The notes beneath the pieces were generated by a model. The model did not search any database and had not been told where the DNA came from. It worked only from the letters and a program-made list of their open reading frames with translations. Shown in pieces: positions 1 to 10,348 of a stretch of 64,000 nt of DNA; positions within the stretch are counted from its first letter, which is position 1, and every line of letters starts with the position of its first letter. The position numbers and the translations under genes were made by a program. Source of the DNA: Microcoleus sp. (GTDB lineage: Bacteria; Cyanobacteriota; Cyanobacteriia; Cyanobacteriales; Microcoleaceae). The DNA is taken from the NCBI GenBank assembly GCA_042408215.1, contig JAYFMW010000020.1, forward strand, positions 192,001 to 256,000, written 5' to 3'.

Positions 1-1
1 A

Positions 2-628
2 ATTATGACTCCCCAACATGGCAAAACTGGAATCACAGACTAAAAAGTTTTCGTGAGTACCTAATAAATGGAGGCGAAATTGATCGGGATATTCACCTTC
101 TAACTCTTGTAAATCTGGTAAAGCATTGTAGCGCCATCCTTTGCCGATATTTTGCCGATCGCCCAGATAACCCCAGCCAATATCTATCAAACATCCTCGG
201 TTCAAACAATCTCTAAATTTTTGCAGCAATTCATCATTAATGCTGTTACAATTAAGCCAAGGGCAAACAATAATCAGCCGCTCTTGTGCTACTGATAGCG
301 CCTCCATCAACACAGCGCGACTCTTAGGGCGATCGAATATTAACTGAGCCTGAACATCAATCTTTTCAGCCTGAGTATCAAGGTCAATCGGCGGCTCAGA
401 AATAATTGATTTCTCGCCTATTTCTAAATTTAACCGCTGTTGAATTGTTGCAACTTGCTCCATCAAACTTTCTAGCAGTTGAGGTTCAGGGCGATCGTTA
501 AATCGTTGCTCATTGGCTTCTAACTGCCGCTTAAGTTTGGCGATATATCTTTTCAGAACAACTTGGTTTTCTTCAAGCTGCAATACTCTCGCGGTTAAGG
601 ATGATGAATCTAATTCTTCCTGTGACAT
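2..628 (-). CDS. PLD-like (HKD superfamily) domain protein with N-terminal coiled coil; runs off the window edge
   Basis: Hand translation from ATG 628: MSQEELDSS...IIVCPWL...IDIGWG...GTHENFLVCDSSFAMLGSHN. The frame is open to the edge. Not in the ORF track. Confidence 0.75.
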   Translation of the reverse strand, partial: MSQEELDSSSLTARVLQLEENQVVLKRYIAKLKRQLEANEQRFNDRPEPQLLESLMEQVATIQQRLNLEIGEKSIISEPPIDLDTQAEKIDVQAQLIFDRPKSRAVLMEALSVAQERLIIVCPWLNCNSINDELLQKFRDCLNRGCLIDIGWGYLGDRQNIGKGWRYNALPDLQELEGEYPDQFRLHLLGTHENFLVCDSSFAMLGSHN

Positions 629-733
629 AATGCTACCCTAAAATTAACAACAAGTCAATAGTCATCGCAAGAATTGCCTGTCTTGAACAGGCAAGATGCC
701 TGTTCCACAATAATTATTGGAGATGTCTAATAG

Positions 734-796
734 TCATAAAGGCGATCGCCCAAAATCAAACCTTAGCAACTTCCACCAACTCAACAGCACTAACAG
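734..796. repeat. ~63-bp direct repeat, copy 1 (copy 2 at 1487-1549), flanking a TA module
   Basis: TCATAAAGGCGATCGC...AATCAAACCTTAGCAAC(T/C)TCCACCAACTCAACAGCACTAACAG is present at both sites and contains a HIP1 octamer. Confidence 0.9.
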
Positions 797-1127
797 AACT
801 TGACTCTTCCCCTTCATCTTCTTGAGCAACCGCAACTGTTAACTTCAATCCCAGAGCATTCAGCCAATTAGCTAAAGCATAAATTGTCGCCATTCCATTA
901 TGTGACATCAAAACATCTAATTTTTCCAAGTGCAATGAAGCCTCATCTGCTGACATATTTGGTTCCCCAAGAGCTTCAAATACATCTCTGAGCGCTTTTC
1001 GCATTATTCCTAATTCAAAATCACCTTCTTCTTCCTCAAATATCTCTGTGAGATAAGCCACCGCAAATAAGGGATCTTTGAGAGATTTAATTTTCAAGGG
1101 ATGGTAAGGTACACTTTCATTAGACAT
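756..1127 (-). CDS. Addiction-module antidote / HTH antitoxin
   Basis: MSNESVPYH..LKDPLFAVAYL..LNALGLKLTV pattern; start ATG 1127 overlaps the toxin stop. Confidence 0.75.
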   Translation of the reverse strand: MSNESVPYHPLKIKSLKDPLFAVAYLTEIFEEEEGDFELGIMRKALRDVFEALGEPNMSADEASLHLEKLDVLMSHNGMATIYALANWLNALGLKLTVAVAQEDEGEESSSVSAVELVEVAKV

Positions 1128-1458
1128 TTTTTCGGCTCCTATATTCTGTCCAATATTTCTTGGCTTTGCTAATATCTTGCTCTTGAGTGCTTTTATCTCC
1201 GCCACACAGCAGAAGCACTATAGTTGTTTCTACTTGTCCAAAATAGACGCGGTAGCCCGGCCCAAAGTCAATTTTAAATTCCCAGACTCCCTCTCCGAGC
1301 GATCGAGCATCTCCCAGATTACCCTCGCTAACCCGCTCAAGCCTTTTCACAATCTTGGCTTTACCCTTAAAGTCTCGGAGAGATTCCAACCACTCCGAAA
1401 AAGGAATTTTGCCATCCGGTATCTTGTACTGCTGAATGTCCCTTGGTTGTACTTCCAT
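1120..1458 (-). CDS. RelE/ParE-superfamily addiction-module killer toxin
   Basis: PFSEWLESL..GNLGDARSLGEGVWEFKIDFGPGYRVYF..LLLCGGDKSTQ signature; likely start ATG 1458. Confidence 0.9.
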   Translation of the reverse strand: MEVQPRDIQQYKIPDGKIPFSEWLESLRDFKGKAKIVKRLERVSEGNLGDARSLGEGVWEFKIDFGPGYRVYFGQVETTIVLLLCGGDKSTQEQDISKAKKYWTEYRSRKNV

Positions 1459-1486
1459 AAGTGCGATCGCAACTACTCGTAAATCA

Positions 1487-1549
1487 TCATAAAGGCGATC
1501 GCACCCAATCAAACCTTAGCAACCTCCACCAACTCAACAGCACTAACAG
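1487..1549. repeat. ~63-bp direct repeat, copy 2 (orphan copy of the antitoxin 3' end)
   Basis: Near-identical to 734-796; the minus strand encodes VSAVELVEVAKV-stop. Confidence 0.9.
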
Positions 1550-1675
1550 CACCTTAACCCTTATTCTAGCGGCGATCGCCCTCGAATATTACAGTCACCC
1601 GATCGCCCCTTGACTTAATGCGCTACAATAGTTAAGAAATCTTTAGTTAAATCCGTTTAACGTCTCGGACGCATT

Positions 1676-3466
1676 ATGAGTCTTCCCATTCGCAACGTTG
1701 CTATCATTGCTCACGTCGATCACGGCAAAACCACCCTTGTGGACGCTCTCCTCAGACAGTCCGGGGTCTTCCGCGAAGGGGAAGAAATCCCAGATTGCGT
1801 CATGGACTCCAACGATATCGAGCGCGAGCGTGGCATCACAATTCTTTCCAAAAATACCGCAGTCCGATACAAAGAAACCCTGATCAACATCGTCGATACC
1901 CCCGGACACGCCGACTTCGGTGGTGAAGTAGAACGAGTTCTCGGCATGGTAGACGGTTGTTTGCTGATCGTAGACGCCAACGAAGGCCCGATGCCGCAAA
2001 CCCGGTTCGTGCTCAAAAAAGCCCTAGAAAAAGGACTGCGCCCGATCGTCTTCGTGAATAAGATCGATCGCGATCGAGCCGATCCTCACAAAGCAGTCGA
2101 TAAAGTTTTGGATCTGTTCCTCGAACTAGGAGCCGACGACGCTCAGTGTGAATTTCCCTATCTCTTCGGTTCCGGCTTAAGCGGTTACGCCAAAAAACAC
2201 CTCGAAGACGAAGGGGTAGATATGCAGCCCCTCTTTGAAGAAATCCTAGACCACGTACCACCCCCCGTAGGCGACCCCGAAAAGCCACTACAACTGCAAG
2301 TAACCACCTTAGATTACTCAGAATACGTCGGTCGCATCGTCATCGGCCGCATCCACAACGGCACAATTAGAGTCGGTCAACAAGCAGTTTTGATCACCGA
2401 AAGCGGCGCGCTTGTCAAATCAAAAATTAGTAAATTGATGGGCTTTGATGGCCTGAAGCGGATTGATATCGCAGAATCTTCTGCTGGTAATATTGTCGCC
2501 GTTGCCGGTTTTGCTGACGCCTATATTGGCGAGACAATTACTTGTCCCAACGACCCGCAAGCGCTACCTTTAATCAAGGTAGACGAACCGACTTTGCAGA
2601 TGACTTTCTCTGTGAACGACTCGCCATTCTGCGGTCAAGAAGGTAGTTTGGTAACATCGCGTCAAATTCGCGATCGCCTAATGCGAGAACTCCAAACCAA
2701 CGTCGCCTTGCGCGTCGAAGAAACCGAATCTCCCGACAAATTTCTCGTATCCGGCCGTGGCGAACTTCACCTCGGAATCCTGATCGAAAATATGCGTCGC
2801 GAAGGATACGAATTTCAAGTATCCCAGCCGCAAGTAATCTACCGCGAAATCGGCGGTCGTCCCTGCGAACCCTTTGAATGTTTGGTGTTAGACGTACCCG
2901 AAGAAGCAGTCGGCGGCTGCATCGAACGCCTCGGTCAGCGGAAAGCAGAAATGCAAGATATGCACGTCAGCAGCACCGGCCGCACCCAAATCGAATTTTC
3001 GGTCCCCGCTCGCGGTTTGATTGGATTCCGAGGCGAGTTTATGCGCTTGACTCGCGGCGCTGGAATTATGAACCACAGCTTCCTCGACTATCGCCCCCTC
3101 GGTGGAGAAATTGTCGCCCGTCGCAACGGAGTATTGATTTCCTTTGAAGAAGGAGTTGCAACTACTTATTCACTGAAAAATGCTGAAGACCGCGGCGTGT
3201 TTTTCATTACCCCCGGAACCAAGGTTTACAGAGGGATGATTATCGGAGAAAACAACCGAGATGATGACATGGAGCTGAATATCTGTAAGTCGAAGCAGTT
3301 GACAAACCACCGCGCATCTGGCGGTGAAGAATTGGCGCAATTGCAAGCGCCAGTCGATATGAGTTTGGAACGCGCTTTGGAGTACATCGGCCAGGATGAA
3401 TTGGTGGAAGTAACGCCAAAATCAATTCGCTTGCGGAAGGTGTCTAAGAAGTTAGTCAAACGGTAA
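1676..3466 (+). CDS. typA: Translational GTPase TypA/BipA
   Basis: [35 protein letters not shown] and C-terminal [12 protein letters not shown] motifs. Confidence 0.98.
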   Translation: MSLPIRNVAIIAHVDHGKTTLVDALLRQSGVFREGEEIPDCVMDSNDIERERGITILSKNTAVRYKETLINIVDTPGHADFGGEVERVLGMVDGCLLIVDANEGPMPQTRFVLKKALEKGLRPIVFVNKIDRDRADPHKAVDKVLDLFLELGADDAQCEFPYLFGSGLSGYAKKHLEDEGVDMQPLFEEILDHVPPPVGDPEKPLQLQVTTLDYSEYVGRIVIGRIHNGTIRVGQQAVLITESGALVKSKISKLMGFDGLKRIDIAESSAGNIVAVAGFADAYIGETITCPNDPQALPLIKVDEPTLQMTFSVNDSPFCGQEGSLVTSRQIRDRLMRELQTNVALRVEETESPDKFLVSGRGELHLGILIENMRREGYEFQVSQPQVIYREIGGRPCEPFECLVLDVPEEAVGGCIERLGQRKAEMQDMHVSSTGRTQIEFSVPARGLIGFRGEFMRLTRGAGIMNHSFLDYRPLGGEIVARRNGVLISFEEGVATTYSLKNAEDRGVFFITPGTKVYRGMIIGENNRDDDMELNICKSKQLTNHRASGGEELAQLQAPVDMSLERALEYIGQDELVEVTPKSIRLRKVSKKLVKR

Positions 3467-3475
3467 AACAATTTG

Positions 3476-3500
3476 AGGGCTGGCCAAATTGCCAGCCCTT
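3476..3500 (+). terminator. Hairpin after typA
   Basis: AGGGCTGGC-caaatt-GCCAGCCCT perfect 9-bp stem. Confidence 0.6.
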
Positions 3501-3635
3501 GCTGTCAACTTCAGACTGTTTAACACTTTGTTAAGGTCTATTGTTTTAATCAGTGCTTTACTGTTTAAGACCTCAGTCCCATTTCAAGCGATCGAGTTGG
3601 CAGAAAAACAAGGGATATTTTTAGAGGATATTTAA

Positions 3636-4160
3636 ATGGCTATTCAAACATCCATTGCTAATCAGAAGCCAAATATCGAGCAAATTATTTCAGTCATTAC
3701 TAAACCGATCATCGGAGAAATTTGTCATCAGGTTATATTTAGTTATGGGGATGAATTACGGCTAGATTTCGGTGAGATGTCTGCCTATACTCACCCAAAA
3801 TTAGCACATCTATGCAAAGGTAGTTGGCAATTTGGCACAAGGGCAACACCTTGGGTTTTCAAGCAAGGCGATCGCATTTTAACTTCTTCCTTGCCAGTAG
3901 ATATAGATGAGGTAGAAATAGATGCTGTCAAAAAAGTTTTGCAGCAATTGGAAAATAAAGAATTGATTGATTTTGCGATTTATGCTCATAATATTAGTCT
4001 CACTCTAGTTTTTGAGGGTGATTACCAACTAATTTTACAGCCAGATTTGCAAGATGATTCTGGACTTCCCTATTGGGAATTGTTCATGCCAACAGAACAA
4101 GTTTTGACGGTTGGGCCTGGATTTTTTTGGGAATGTAAATCAATTCACGAACGTGATTGA
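3636..4160 (+). CDS. Hypothetical protein, 174 aa
   Basis: Clean ORF with AGAGGA RBS upstream; no family recognised. Confidence 0.7.
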   Translation: MAIQTSIANQKPNIEQIISVITKPIIGEICHQVIFSYGDELRLDFGEMSAYTHPKLAHLCKGSWQFGTRATPWVFKQGDRILTSSLPVDIDEVEIDAVKKVLQQLENKELIDFAIYAHNISLTLVFEGDYQLILQPDLQDDSGLPYWELFMPTEQVLTVGPGFFWECKSIHERD

Positions 4161-4176
4161 TATTAAATTAAATTGA

Positions 4177-4443
4177 TTAGGGAAAGTATCTATAAATCTC
4201 TTTTCGGTGCAGTATCCTAACGAAAGAGACTATGCCATCATTAACTTTAATACCGATTCGGTAATCTCCCACTCTAATTCGATAGTAGTCTCCATCACCT
4301 TTAAGTTTTTTAAGATTGCTGACTTCATTTAATTTTTCAGCATTCTCAACTTGTTCGATAGCTTCCTGAATTCTTTGAAATAAGTCTGCATCAAGAATCT
4401 TCAGCAAATCCTTTTCAAAACTCTTTCTAAATTCAATATTCAT
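4177..4443 (-). CDS. RelE/StbE family toxin
   Basis: FRKSFEKDL..KKLKG..YYRIRVGDYRIG..HRKEIYR motif. Confidence 0.92.
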   Translation of the reverse strand: MNIEFRKSFEKDLLKILDADLFQRIQEAIEQVENAEKLNEVSNLKKLKGDGDYYRIRVGDYRIGIKVNDGIVSFVRILHRKEIYRYFP

Positions 4444-4685
4444 GGTTGTTGTTTGAGAATTTGGAAGATTCGATCGCGACTGACTGTTTCAGTATTTTCG
4501 CCTTCTTTAATAGCATTTTCCATTCCTATATCTTCTAGGGCTTCTGTAAAAACAGTTAATTTACTGTTTAATACTTCTTTTTCCAGTTCTTGACATAACT
4601 GCAATTTTTCTGGATAGGGCAGTTGTTTGACTAGGGCTAAAATTTGTTCAAAGTTTAGGGAAAGTTGATAGTTAGCTAGAGTCAT
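4440..4685 (-). CDS. Putative antitoxin
   Basis: 81 aa with acidic C-terminus; ATGA overlap with the relE-like gene. Confidence 0.75.
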   Translation of the reverse strand: MTLANYQLSLNFEQILALVKQLPYPEKLQLCQELEKEVLNSKLTVFTEALEDIGMENAIKEGENTETVSRDRIFQILKQQP

Positions 4686-4735
4686 TGTTCGTTATGTTGA
4701 GGGGTTGTTTATATTTTATCTCAAATCGCGGGAGG

Positions 4736-4806
4736 CCAGAAACCGGGTTTTTTCCAGAATACTTCGCCACACCTCCCAGAAACTGCGAAAAACCCGGTTT
4801 CTTTGG
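4736..4806. repeat. REP-like palindromic dispersed repeat (AGAAACCGGGTTTTT...AAAAACCCGGTTTCT)
   Basis: Further copies at ~9864-9933 and ~30135-30203. Confidence 0.85.
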
Positions 4807-5019
4807 TTAGTGTGAAGCAACAAGAGCTTGTTGGACGGGTTCTGAGAGTTCAATTGGCATAAAATAACGACTTGGGTATAAGTAATCTTCTCCCGATTCA
4901 TCAATGACGCGAATCATTTGATGAGAATTGGCTTGAGTGTCTGGCAAAACCTGATAAATTTTGCGGACTTCTAAAGAAGCTGAATAGTCTTGGTTATTGA
5001 TGCAAACAACAAATTTCAT
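4807..5019 (-). CDS. Small conserved hypothetical protein of a type often found in TA pairs
   Basis: FVVCINN.DY.ASLE.RKIY..IRVIDESGEDYLYP pattern; no partner seen upstream. Confidence 0.7.
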   Translation of the reverse strand: MKFVVCINNQDYSASLEVRKIYQVLPDTQANSHQMIRVIDESGEDYLYPSRYFMPIELSEPVQQALVASH

Positions 5020-5079
5020 AACCTTGACTCCAAAATATATTACTGAAAACCCTTTAAAAATATCGCTTTTACCTAAGTC

Positions 5080-5164
5080 TCGATCCCCCTAAATCCCCCT
5101 TAAGAAGGGGGACTTTGATCGGGATCTTGTCCCCCCCTTAAGAAGGGGGGCTAGGGGGGATCGA
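5080..5164. repeat. Cyanobacterial CCCCCTT..AAGGGGG dispersed palindromic repeat
   Basis: GATCCCCCTAAATCCCCCTTAAGAAGGGGG...CCCCCCTTAAGAAGGGGGGCTAGGGGGGATC; relatives at ~19059-19158, ~35217-35250 and 44786-44820. Confidence 0.85.
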
Positions 5165-5279
5165 GGCTTAATCGTCCGACAGCAGACTGATACTAAGTTT
5201 GACGTGTTTGTTGACGCCAATAGGCATTGCCGTGTCCTCAGTTGCTGACAGTCAACAGTCAACTCCCGACTATCATAAC

Positions 5280-8200
5280 TCAGGACTCTAAATGAACTCT
5301 TTTGAGCCAATTTACGACAGATTGCAGTAAATCGGGGTCATGGGGCGAGAACGTTTGCAGGGGTGGGTGAGGTGAGTCGGTGATGAGACAAATTGTACCG
5401 TCGAAGCGGGTAAGGGCATCGAGGAAAGTAGGGCTCAAACCTTGGGCGGCGGGGGATGTGGGGTCTTGGTAGAAGATGAGGATGAGGTGTTTGTCGCTGT
5501 CGCGGCGGAGTCGATTCCAGTAGAATTTGAGTTGGGCGAGGGTTTCGGGTGCGCGGTTGGGATGTTGGGGACAGTTTTGGTCGAGGAATTGTCCGTAGAT
5601 GTCGAGGGCGGGGTTATGGGAGTCGATGAATTTGCTGGTGTCGATGCAAATTAGCTGTAGGGATTCGATTAATTGTGTTTCTGCAAGTCTGGCATCAAGG
5701 ATTTTGGGTAAGTCTGCTAAATTGAGGCTTTGGGTGAAGGGGGTAGAACCGACTCCTGTTGTTTCTGGGACTTCTGGATGGGGTGTGGTGAGTTGATGGT
5801 GCCATGCTTGATAGAAAATTGGGTAAGGCAGATTTTGGGCGCAGTTCCAGAGGATATCATATAAAGTCTGATAAGAATAATTAGTCTGCAAAAAATCCTT
5901 ATATGAATATTTATTTAATAATAATCCTAGTATTTTGATGGAAATTTGACTGTGAGATTCTTGAGCAATAATTGTTTTTAAATCATCGTTCATAATTCTG
6001 TACGAAACAAAATCAGACTTATTATTTAGAATCATATAAGTAAGCATATCAATATAATCATCAGTATTTTTACGGTCAATTTTGTATAAATTAAGATATA
6101 TACTTCTCAAGCAATTTTTATCTTCTATCGAACCATCTAGTTTATTTAATAAACATTCTTTTGCTCGTTCATTATTTTTAGATATGTGACCCAACACATA
6201 AGCACAACTTCTCCATAAATCTTCATCCTGGATGGACTCAATAGTCGTTATTAAATAATTTATAACTTCTTCATTATTTATTGCTATTTGGCTCAATATT
6301 TCAGCAGACCTTCGACGAATTCGCAGATTATTATTATGAGGTTTTAAAATTTGCTCAAGTAAATTCATCAGGAATGGGTGAGTGTTTAGATTTGCTTTGA
6401 TAACAATGAAAACATCTGCAATTATATCTCGTGTATCTTCATCTTTAGTATTAATAAATATCTCTAATAAAAGCTCTATAACCTCCGAAGCTATGTTTTT
6501 AGTAATTCGCATAATTTGAATCAGGTTGGTCGCAGTCTTTTTACGCACGTCTTTATTAATTTGTATTAACAAAATCAAAGCAGTTATTGCTGTTGAATTA
6601 CTAGGATCAATCTTACATAAACTGTAGGCAGATTTTCTCCGAATATCTTCATTCGGAGATTTTATTAGTGAACTCAATACTATTATTGACTTTTCTTTAT
6701 TAATATTCATTTCTCCCAAAATGTAAGCTGCCTTTCTGCAGATGTCTTCGTCAGTAGATGTGAGCATTGAATATAATAATTGAATAGCGGTTTCATTATT
6801 TCGATCGATTTGAAGCAAGCTAAAAGCAAAGCTACAAATCAACATTTCATTAGTGGTATTATTTAAAGAATTAAAAATTTTGTTTTTCAATAGGTTATTG
6901 AATTCACTATTTCGACTGTAAATTCCTATAAATGCCACAGCATAGGCCCAACTATAATTAGGGCTGGAATACATTAAATCAATCAAATCAAATAGCGTTT
7001 CTGGACTATTTATGCTAATTTTCTGTAAAGTATCTAATGTCGAAAATAAGATTTCACTTTCTTGGGTTGCATTAATTAATTTAATTCTTTCAATCAAGAA
7101 ATTAATAGCTAATTGATTGCTGACTCCAATTATTTCTAAAATATTTAAGGTTTTTCTGTACGTTTCAATAGAATCATGCTCTTCAAAAAACTTAATAATG
7201 TAAGTAACAGAATCAACTATGTCAGTATTCTTAATTGTTTCTATAATTGAATCAGAGAAATAAGATTTTAAATTATTTTTGAAATAAATGGCAATCAATA
7301 CTTCTACGGTTTTGCTAGATATAAAACGTTTTTTAAATTCAAAAATTCCAAGTGCAATTAGAAAAAATGCACGATATTTATAAAGATATAAATCATCTCC
7401 ACACCCATCTTGAAACTCTACCAACGCTTTAATAAACTCCTCCTTATCCTCCTTCCCTACACCCTCCCGCCCCAACCACAGCAAAATCACCTGCTTCCAC
7501 TGCGCTTCAAAAATCCGATATTCCTTCCCCACCACCGGAAAATTAACATGATTTCGAGGTAAAAAATAATCCCAATCATCCACCGCCAACGCCGCAAAAT
7601 ACTCCTGAAACGTCGCATGATAAAACGCATAAACAGATTCTTCAGGTTCATCAAAATCGATGCCTACCCGATTCAACCATCCTAGAGATAACGCCAATGA
7701 TAATAAAGATGTTTCATCGCTGCGTTCTCCTAAATACTCACTAACTAACCGATAGGACAAGCGAAAACGACTCGATTTTCCATCAATAGCGGCTTTTGCT
7801 AATTCTCCTAACCCTTCATGTAAGAGTTTCTGACACTCAATCTGAGTTTTTCCGCATAGCTTTTCGTAGGTTTTGATAAACTGCTCTTTCCAGCGATAGA
7901 TATACTTAATAAAACTTGCATATAATTTTGCCTGAGTATCCGGTAAAGTTCCCTGTCTCGAACTCCAAATTTGACACAACATCCACAACCGCAACGGATT
8001 TTGTATCAACTCCTTCAGACGGGAATTCTCAGATTCTGCTAACGCCAACTCCAAACTTTCCCCCGTCGCAGCATCTCTCATCCCCGCAAACCAACGGCGA
8101 ATATACTCCGTCACCTGTTCCGGGTTAAACTGCAAATTGCGAAACACATCAAACCCCGAAAAAGCATTCTGATCCGCCTCCCAAACATTCACCCGACAAG

Positions 8201-9275
8201 TCACCACCACCCGCGCCGCCTGCACCCATGTCCTTAATAAATCTTTCCCCAACTGCTGCATTCCTTGAGTGTGCGTCATTTCATCCACACCATCCAGCAA
8301 CAGCCAAACCCGACTCATTTGCGCTTCTAAATCACCGCGCGTCACTTCTCCCCGACACCGAGACAACCACACTTTTTCCAAATACTCACAGATACTTTGC
8401 GCGCCTAATTCAGCTAAATCTATCCAAATCGGCAACCCCAATTCTTGCTCTAAAATCCAATCAGCAATCTTCTGCAACCGCGTGGTTTTCCCCGCACCCG
8501 GTTCGCCAATAATCGCAATTTTGCGCCCTTGACTAATGTCGCTTTTCCCTTGTCGCAACACATCCTCAAAAAAGCGTTCTTCAGCAATGGGAATCAGTTT
8601 TTCTGTTTCCTTTTCCTTTTCTTCTGGCTGATTCCTTGGCTGAGGTTTGGGTTTTTGGCGTTCGACAATGGCTAAGGGAACATAAACGCCATCCAGTTGC
8701 GGTGTCATCCCGTTGGCGTTGGTGAAGGGGTTGGTGGTGAGTTGCTTTTGTTGGGCGAGGTTTTGGCGGCAGATTTCTTGCCAGTTTATAGTTTCTTCTT
8801 TAGGTTTAGGAGTTTTTCCAGCAACCGTTTCCCGCAGAGTTTCTTCCTGTTTCTTGGATTTTTCAGGCCGCAGGCTTTCCCATTTAATTTCAAATTGTTC
8901 TAAATTCTTTTGTTTGTCTTTTTTACTCCACAGTGTCAGAGTAAAGTGCCACTCGTCATCTCCCTGTGTTTCAAGGCGATGATCTTCGAGGATTTCCAAA
9001 AAGTCCTTTAAATGCTGATTAAGTGCCTGTCTAATCTCGGTTGTAGTTAATTTCCCTTCATGCTTGTCTTTTGCCGTGAGAAATTCCAGGGTTCTCAGTT
9101 CCGTTTTAATCACCAATTTTGGTTTGTCGGTAGTTTCATCCTTCCACTTATGATTTAGGGAGATTCCACCAACGTCTTCTAATTCCCAATTGACATAATC
9201 CAACAATGCCTCTAATAAGCGCTTGGCACGTTCTTTAACAGTAGGCCCATAGGTGACTTTCTTTTTGCTTGGCAT
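5280..9275 (-). CDS. NACHT NTPase with HEAT-like repeats and C-terminal helical/alpha-beta tail (bacterial NLR-like)
   Basis: Walker A GEPGAGKT, Walker B LLLDGVDE, VVTCR, NPLRL, YAFYHATFQEYFAA; repeats such as DEDICRKAAYILG and NEDIRRKSAYSL; tail LWNCAQNLPYPIFYQAWH. Confidence 0.9.
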   Translation of the reverse strand: MPSKKKVTYGPTVKERAKRLLEALLDYVNWELEDVGGISLNHKWKDETTDKPKLVIKTELRTLEFLTAKDKHEGKLTTTEIRQALNQHLKDFLEILEDHRLETQGDDEWHFTLTLWSKKDKQKNLEQFEIKWESLRPEKSKKQEETLRETVAGKTPKPKEETINWQEICRQNLAQQKQLTTNPFTNANGMTPQLDGVYVPLAIVERQKPKPQPRNQPEEKEKETEKLIPIAEERFFEDVLRQGKSDISQGRKIAIIGEPGAGKTTRLQKIADWILEQELGLPIWIDLAELGAQSICEYLEKVWLSRCRGEVTRGDLEAQMSRVWLLLDGVDEMTHTQGMQQLGKDLLRTWVQAARVVVTCRVNVWEADQNAFSGFDVFRNLQFNPEQVTEYIRRWFAGMRDAATGESLELALAESENSRLKELIQNPLRLWMLCQIWSSRQGTLPDTQAKLYASFIKYIYRWKEQFIKTYEKLCGKTQIECQKLLHEGLGELAKAAIDGKSSRFRLSYRLVSEYLGERSDETSLLSLALSLGWLNRVGIDFDEPEESVYAFYHATFQEYFAALAVDDWDYFLPRNHVNFPVVGKEYRIFEAQWKQVILLWLGREGVGKEDKEEFIKALVEFQDGCGDDLYLYKYRAFFLIALGIFEFKKRFISSKTVEVLIAIYFKNNLKSYFSDSIIETIKNTDIVDSVTYIIKFFEEHDSIETYRKTLNILEIIGVSNQLAINFLIERIKLINATQESEILFSTLDTLQKISINSPETLFDLIDLMYSSPNYSWAYAVAFIGIYSRNSEFNNLLKNKIFNSLNNTTNEMLICSFAFSLLQIDRNNETAIQLLYSMLTSTDEDICRKAAYILGEMNINKEKSIIVLSSLIKSPNEDIRRKSAYSLCKIDPSNSTAITALILLIQINKDVRKKTATNLIQIMRITKNIASEVIELLLEIFINTKDEDTRDIIADVFIVIKANLNTHPFLMNLLEQILKPHNNNLRIRRRSAEILSQIAINNEEVINYLITTIESIQDEDLWRSCAYVLGHISKNNERAKECLLNKLDGSIEDKNCLRSIYLNLYKIDRKNTDDYIDMLTYMILNNKSDFVSYRIMNDDLKTIIAQESHSQISIKILGLLLNKYSYKDFLQTNYSYQTLYDILWNCAQNLPYPIFYQAWHHQLTTPHPEVPETTGVGSTPFTQSLNLADLPKILDARLAETQLIESLQLICIDTSKFIDSHNPALDIYGQFLDQNCPQHPNRAPETLAQLKFYWNRLRRDSDKHLILIFYQDPTSPAAQGLSPTFLDALTRFDGTICLITDSPHPPLQTFSPHDPDLLQSVVNWLKRVHLES

Positions 9276-9456
9276 GGGTTCGAGGGAGGGAAATTGCAAA
9301 AGAACTTTGGGGGGGCTGCAATCTTGACGACGTACCCCAAACCACTCTAACCCATATTATATCACGTTTCTAGCCGATCGTACCTGGGGGGTTGCTTTGC
9401 TCTCCTACCCCAAACCGATGATGCCTTCATACGGTTGAAATGAAGGCAGGTTAAGG

Positions 9457-9672
9457 ATGGCTACTCAAGAAGACAGAATCAAACAACGCGAAGCATTAGA
9501 AGATGCTCATGGTAATTTTGTTGAGCCATATATTAATCAATTGATTGAAGTCAACGCCCAGTCTTTACCCAATATTGATGTTGCGCTTCCTGGGTTTTGC
9601 TATGTGTCGGGATGGTTGGTGTTGGTTATATTTTATGGTTTTTGGATGCGCTATCGAATGTCATTAGAATAG
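9457..9672 (+). CDS. Small hypothetical protein with one C-terminal hydrophobic segment
   Basis: AAGG RBS; 71 aa; WLVLVIFYGFW segment. Confidence 0.5.
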   Translation: MATQEDRIKQREALEDAHGNFVEPYINQLIEVNAQSLPNIDVALPGFCYVSGWLVLVIFYGFWMRYRMSLE

Positions 9673-9691
9673 TAAATCGGGGGTATTTATG

Positions 9692-9848
9692 GCCTGTATT
9701 ATTCGGCGGTTGAAACCGCGTCTACACAAGCGAAGTCTGCCTCCGCAGACTAAGAGGTAAAAGAGGTAATTTTTCTACCGCCTGTATTATTCGGCGGTTG
9801 AAACCGTCTACACAAGCGAAGTCTGCCTCCGCAGACTAAGAGGTAAAA
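9692..9848. repeat. Tandem pair of TCGGCGGTTGAAACCGCGTCTACA.. REP-like repeats
   Basis: Two ~70-bp copies; family members also at ~32384-32470, ~38861-38958 and ~43511-43610. Confidence 0.85.
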
Positions 9849-9950
9849 TGATAGTCGTGGAGGCAGAAACCGGGTTTTTTCCGAAATACTGCATGAGAGC
9901 CTTTAACTGTCGTGAAAAACCCGGTTTCTTTGGTATTTAAACGATTACTC

Positions 9951-10178
9951 TTACCAGTAACGAGTTAAAATCCGAATCACCTCACCCGCTAGAGGCGATG
10001 GTACAGGCGGGCTCCACTCTCCAACTTGTGCAAAACCCAAAACGTGCAGCAGATTAACGATGCTTTCTACCGCTTTGGGAACGCCACACAACAACAAACG
10101 AATCGGTTTTTTGCCTTGAGGTACATCAGGAATTTCTTCCCGGAGCAGTTCGGGAACGGACTTGGACTGTGATATCAT
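9951..10178 (-). CDS. Small cyanobacterial hypothetical protein
   Basis: AGGAGG RBS; LHVLGFAQVGEWSPP..GEVIRIL motif. Confidence 0.75.
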   Translation of the reverse strand: MISQSKSVPELLREEIPDVPQGKKPIRLLLCGVPKAVESIVNLLHVLGFAQVGEWSPPVPSPLAGEVIRILTRYW

Positions 10179-10348
10179 AGGTATTCCTCCTGAATATGGG
10201 AGTTAAAGCCCCCACCAAACGATTGCAACTCTGAGCGGTGGGGGTTTTGTTTTTGACTATTTACACGGTATCACACCGAGTGTCACTATGCAAGAGACGT
10301 ACAAAGAAAGTACGATCGATCTATGAAGTAAATTCCCAGTTGCCTAAC

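Noticed and set aside
9692..9848. GGTTGAAAC-containing tandem repeats (also 32384-32470 and 38861-38958) as a CRISPR array
   Set aside because: Only two units per site, no unique spacers of regular length, dispersed copies, and no cas genes; they fit REP-like repeats.
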